Shown here piece by piece: positions 63,919 through 64,000 of a stretch of DNA of 64,000 nucleotides (positions are counted from its first letter, which is position 1; every line of letters starts with the position of its first letter). This DNA comes from Schmidtea polychroa (Eukaryota): assembly GCA_044892525.1 (NCBI GenBank), contig CM097886.1, positions 27,218,001 to 27,282,000 of the forward strand. Reading direction: 5' to 3'. The notes beneath the pieces are model-generated. The model was not told the origin of the DNA and searched no databases. It was given only the letters and a program-made list of their open reading frames with translations. A program made the translations under genes and the position numbers.

Positions 63919-64000
63919 CAGCGGTTCTTAAGGATTTTTGGTCACGACCCAAAATCCTAAAATATTTCTCCAAACGACCCAAAAAAAAATTTTTTAATTG
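63919..64000 (+). mobile_element. Left end of an hAT-like element running off the window
   Basis: CAGCGGTTCTTAA..TTTTTGGTCACGACCC with a repeated CGACCCAAAA subterminal motif. Confidence 0.55.

Noticed and set aside
1-64000. CRISPR arrays, rRNA, tRNA and prokaryotic operons
   Set aside because: None seen. The sequence is eukaryotic with spliceosomal introns, and its repeats lack repeat-spacer organisation.

Overview
Strongly AT-rich draft metazoan sequence with three N-gaps. Very short introns and the repeat landscape are compatible with a flatworm-like invertebrate, but the taxon cannot be fixed from sequence alone. Recognisable host genes: (1) a T1-domain exon of a Shab/Kv2-like potassium channel (minus strand); (2) an intronless 1154-aa ORF that fuses a peripherin/ROM1-type tetraspanin to a complete DCST1/2-family (DC-STAMP + C4C4 RING) gamete-fusion protein; (3) a 4-exon DTWD2 gene; (4) a decayed PSMA6 fragment inside a chimeric ORF. 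The rest is a nested transposon mosaic: hAT MITEs and deletion derivatives with 8-bp TSDs, an hAT transposase, Ty3/Gypsy fragments and LTRs, RLE-type non-LTR fragments, a split FLYWCH-MULE and a Polinton polB remnant. Two candidates stand out. One is the tetraspanin-DCST fusion gene. The other is a Gypsy lineage, present as two diverged copies, whose 3' region after integrase carries a signal-peptide/FN3-like/TM surface-protein ORF, an apparently catalytically dead REX4/ISG20-like DEDDh domain behind a conserved splice acceptor, and a further basic ORF. All family assignments come from motif recognition by eye, not from database searches.
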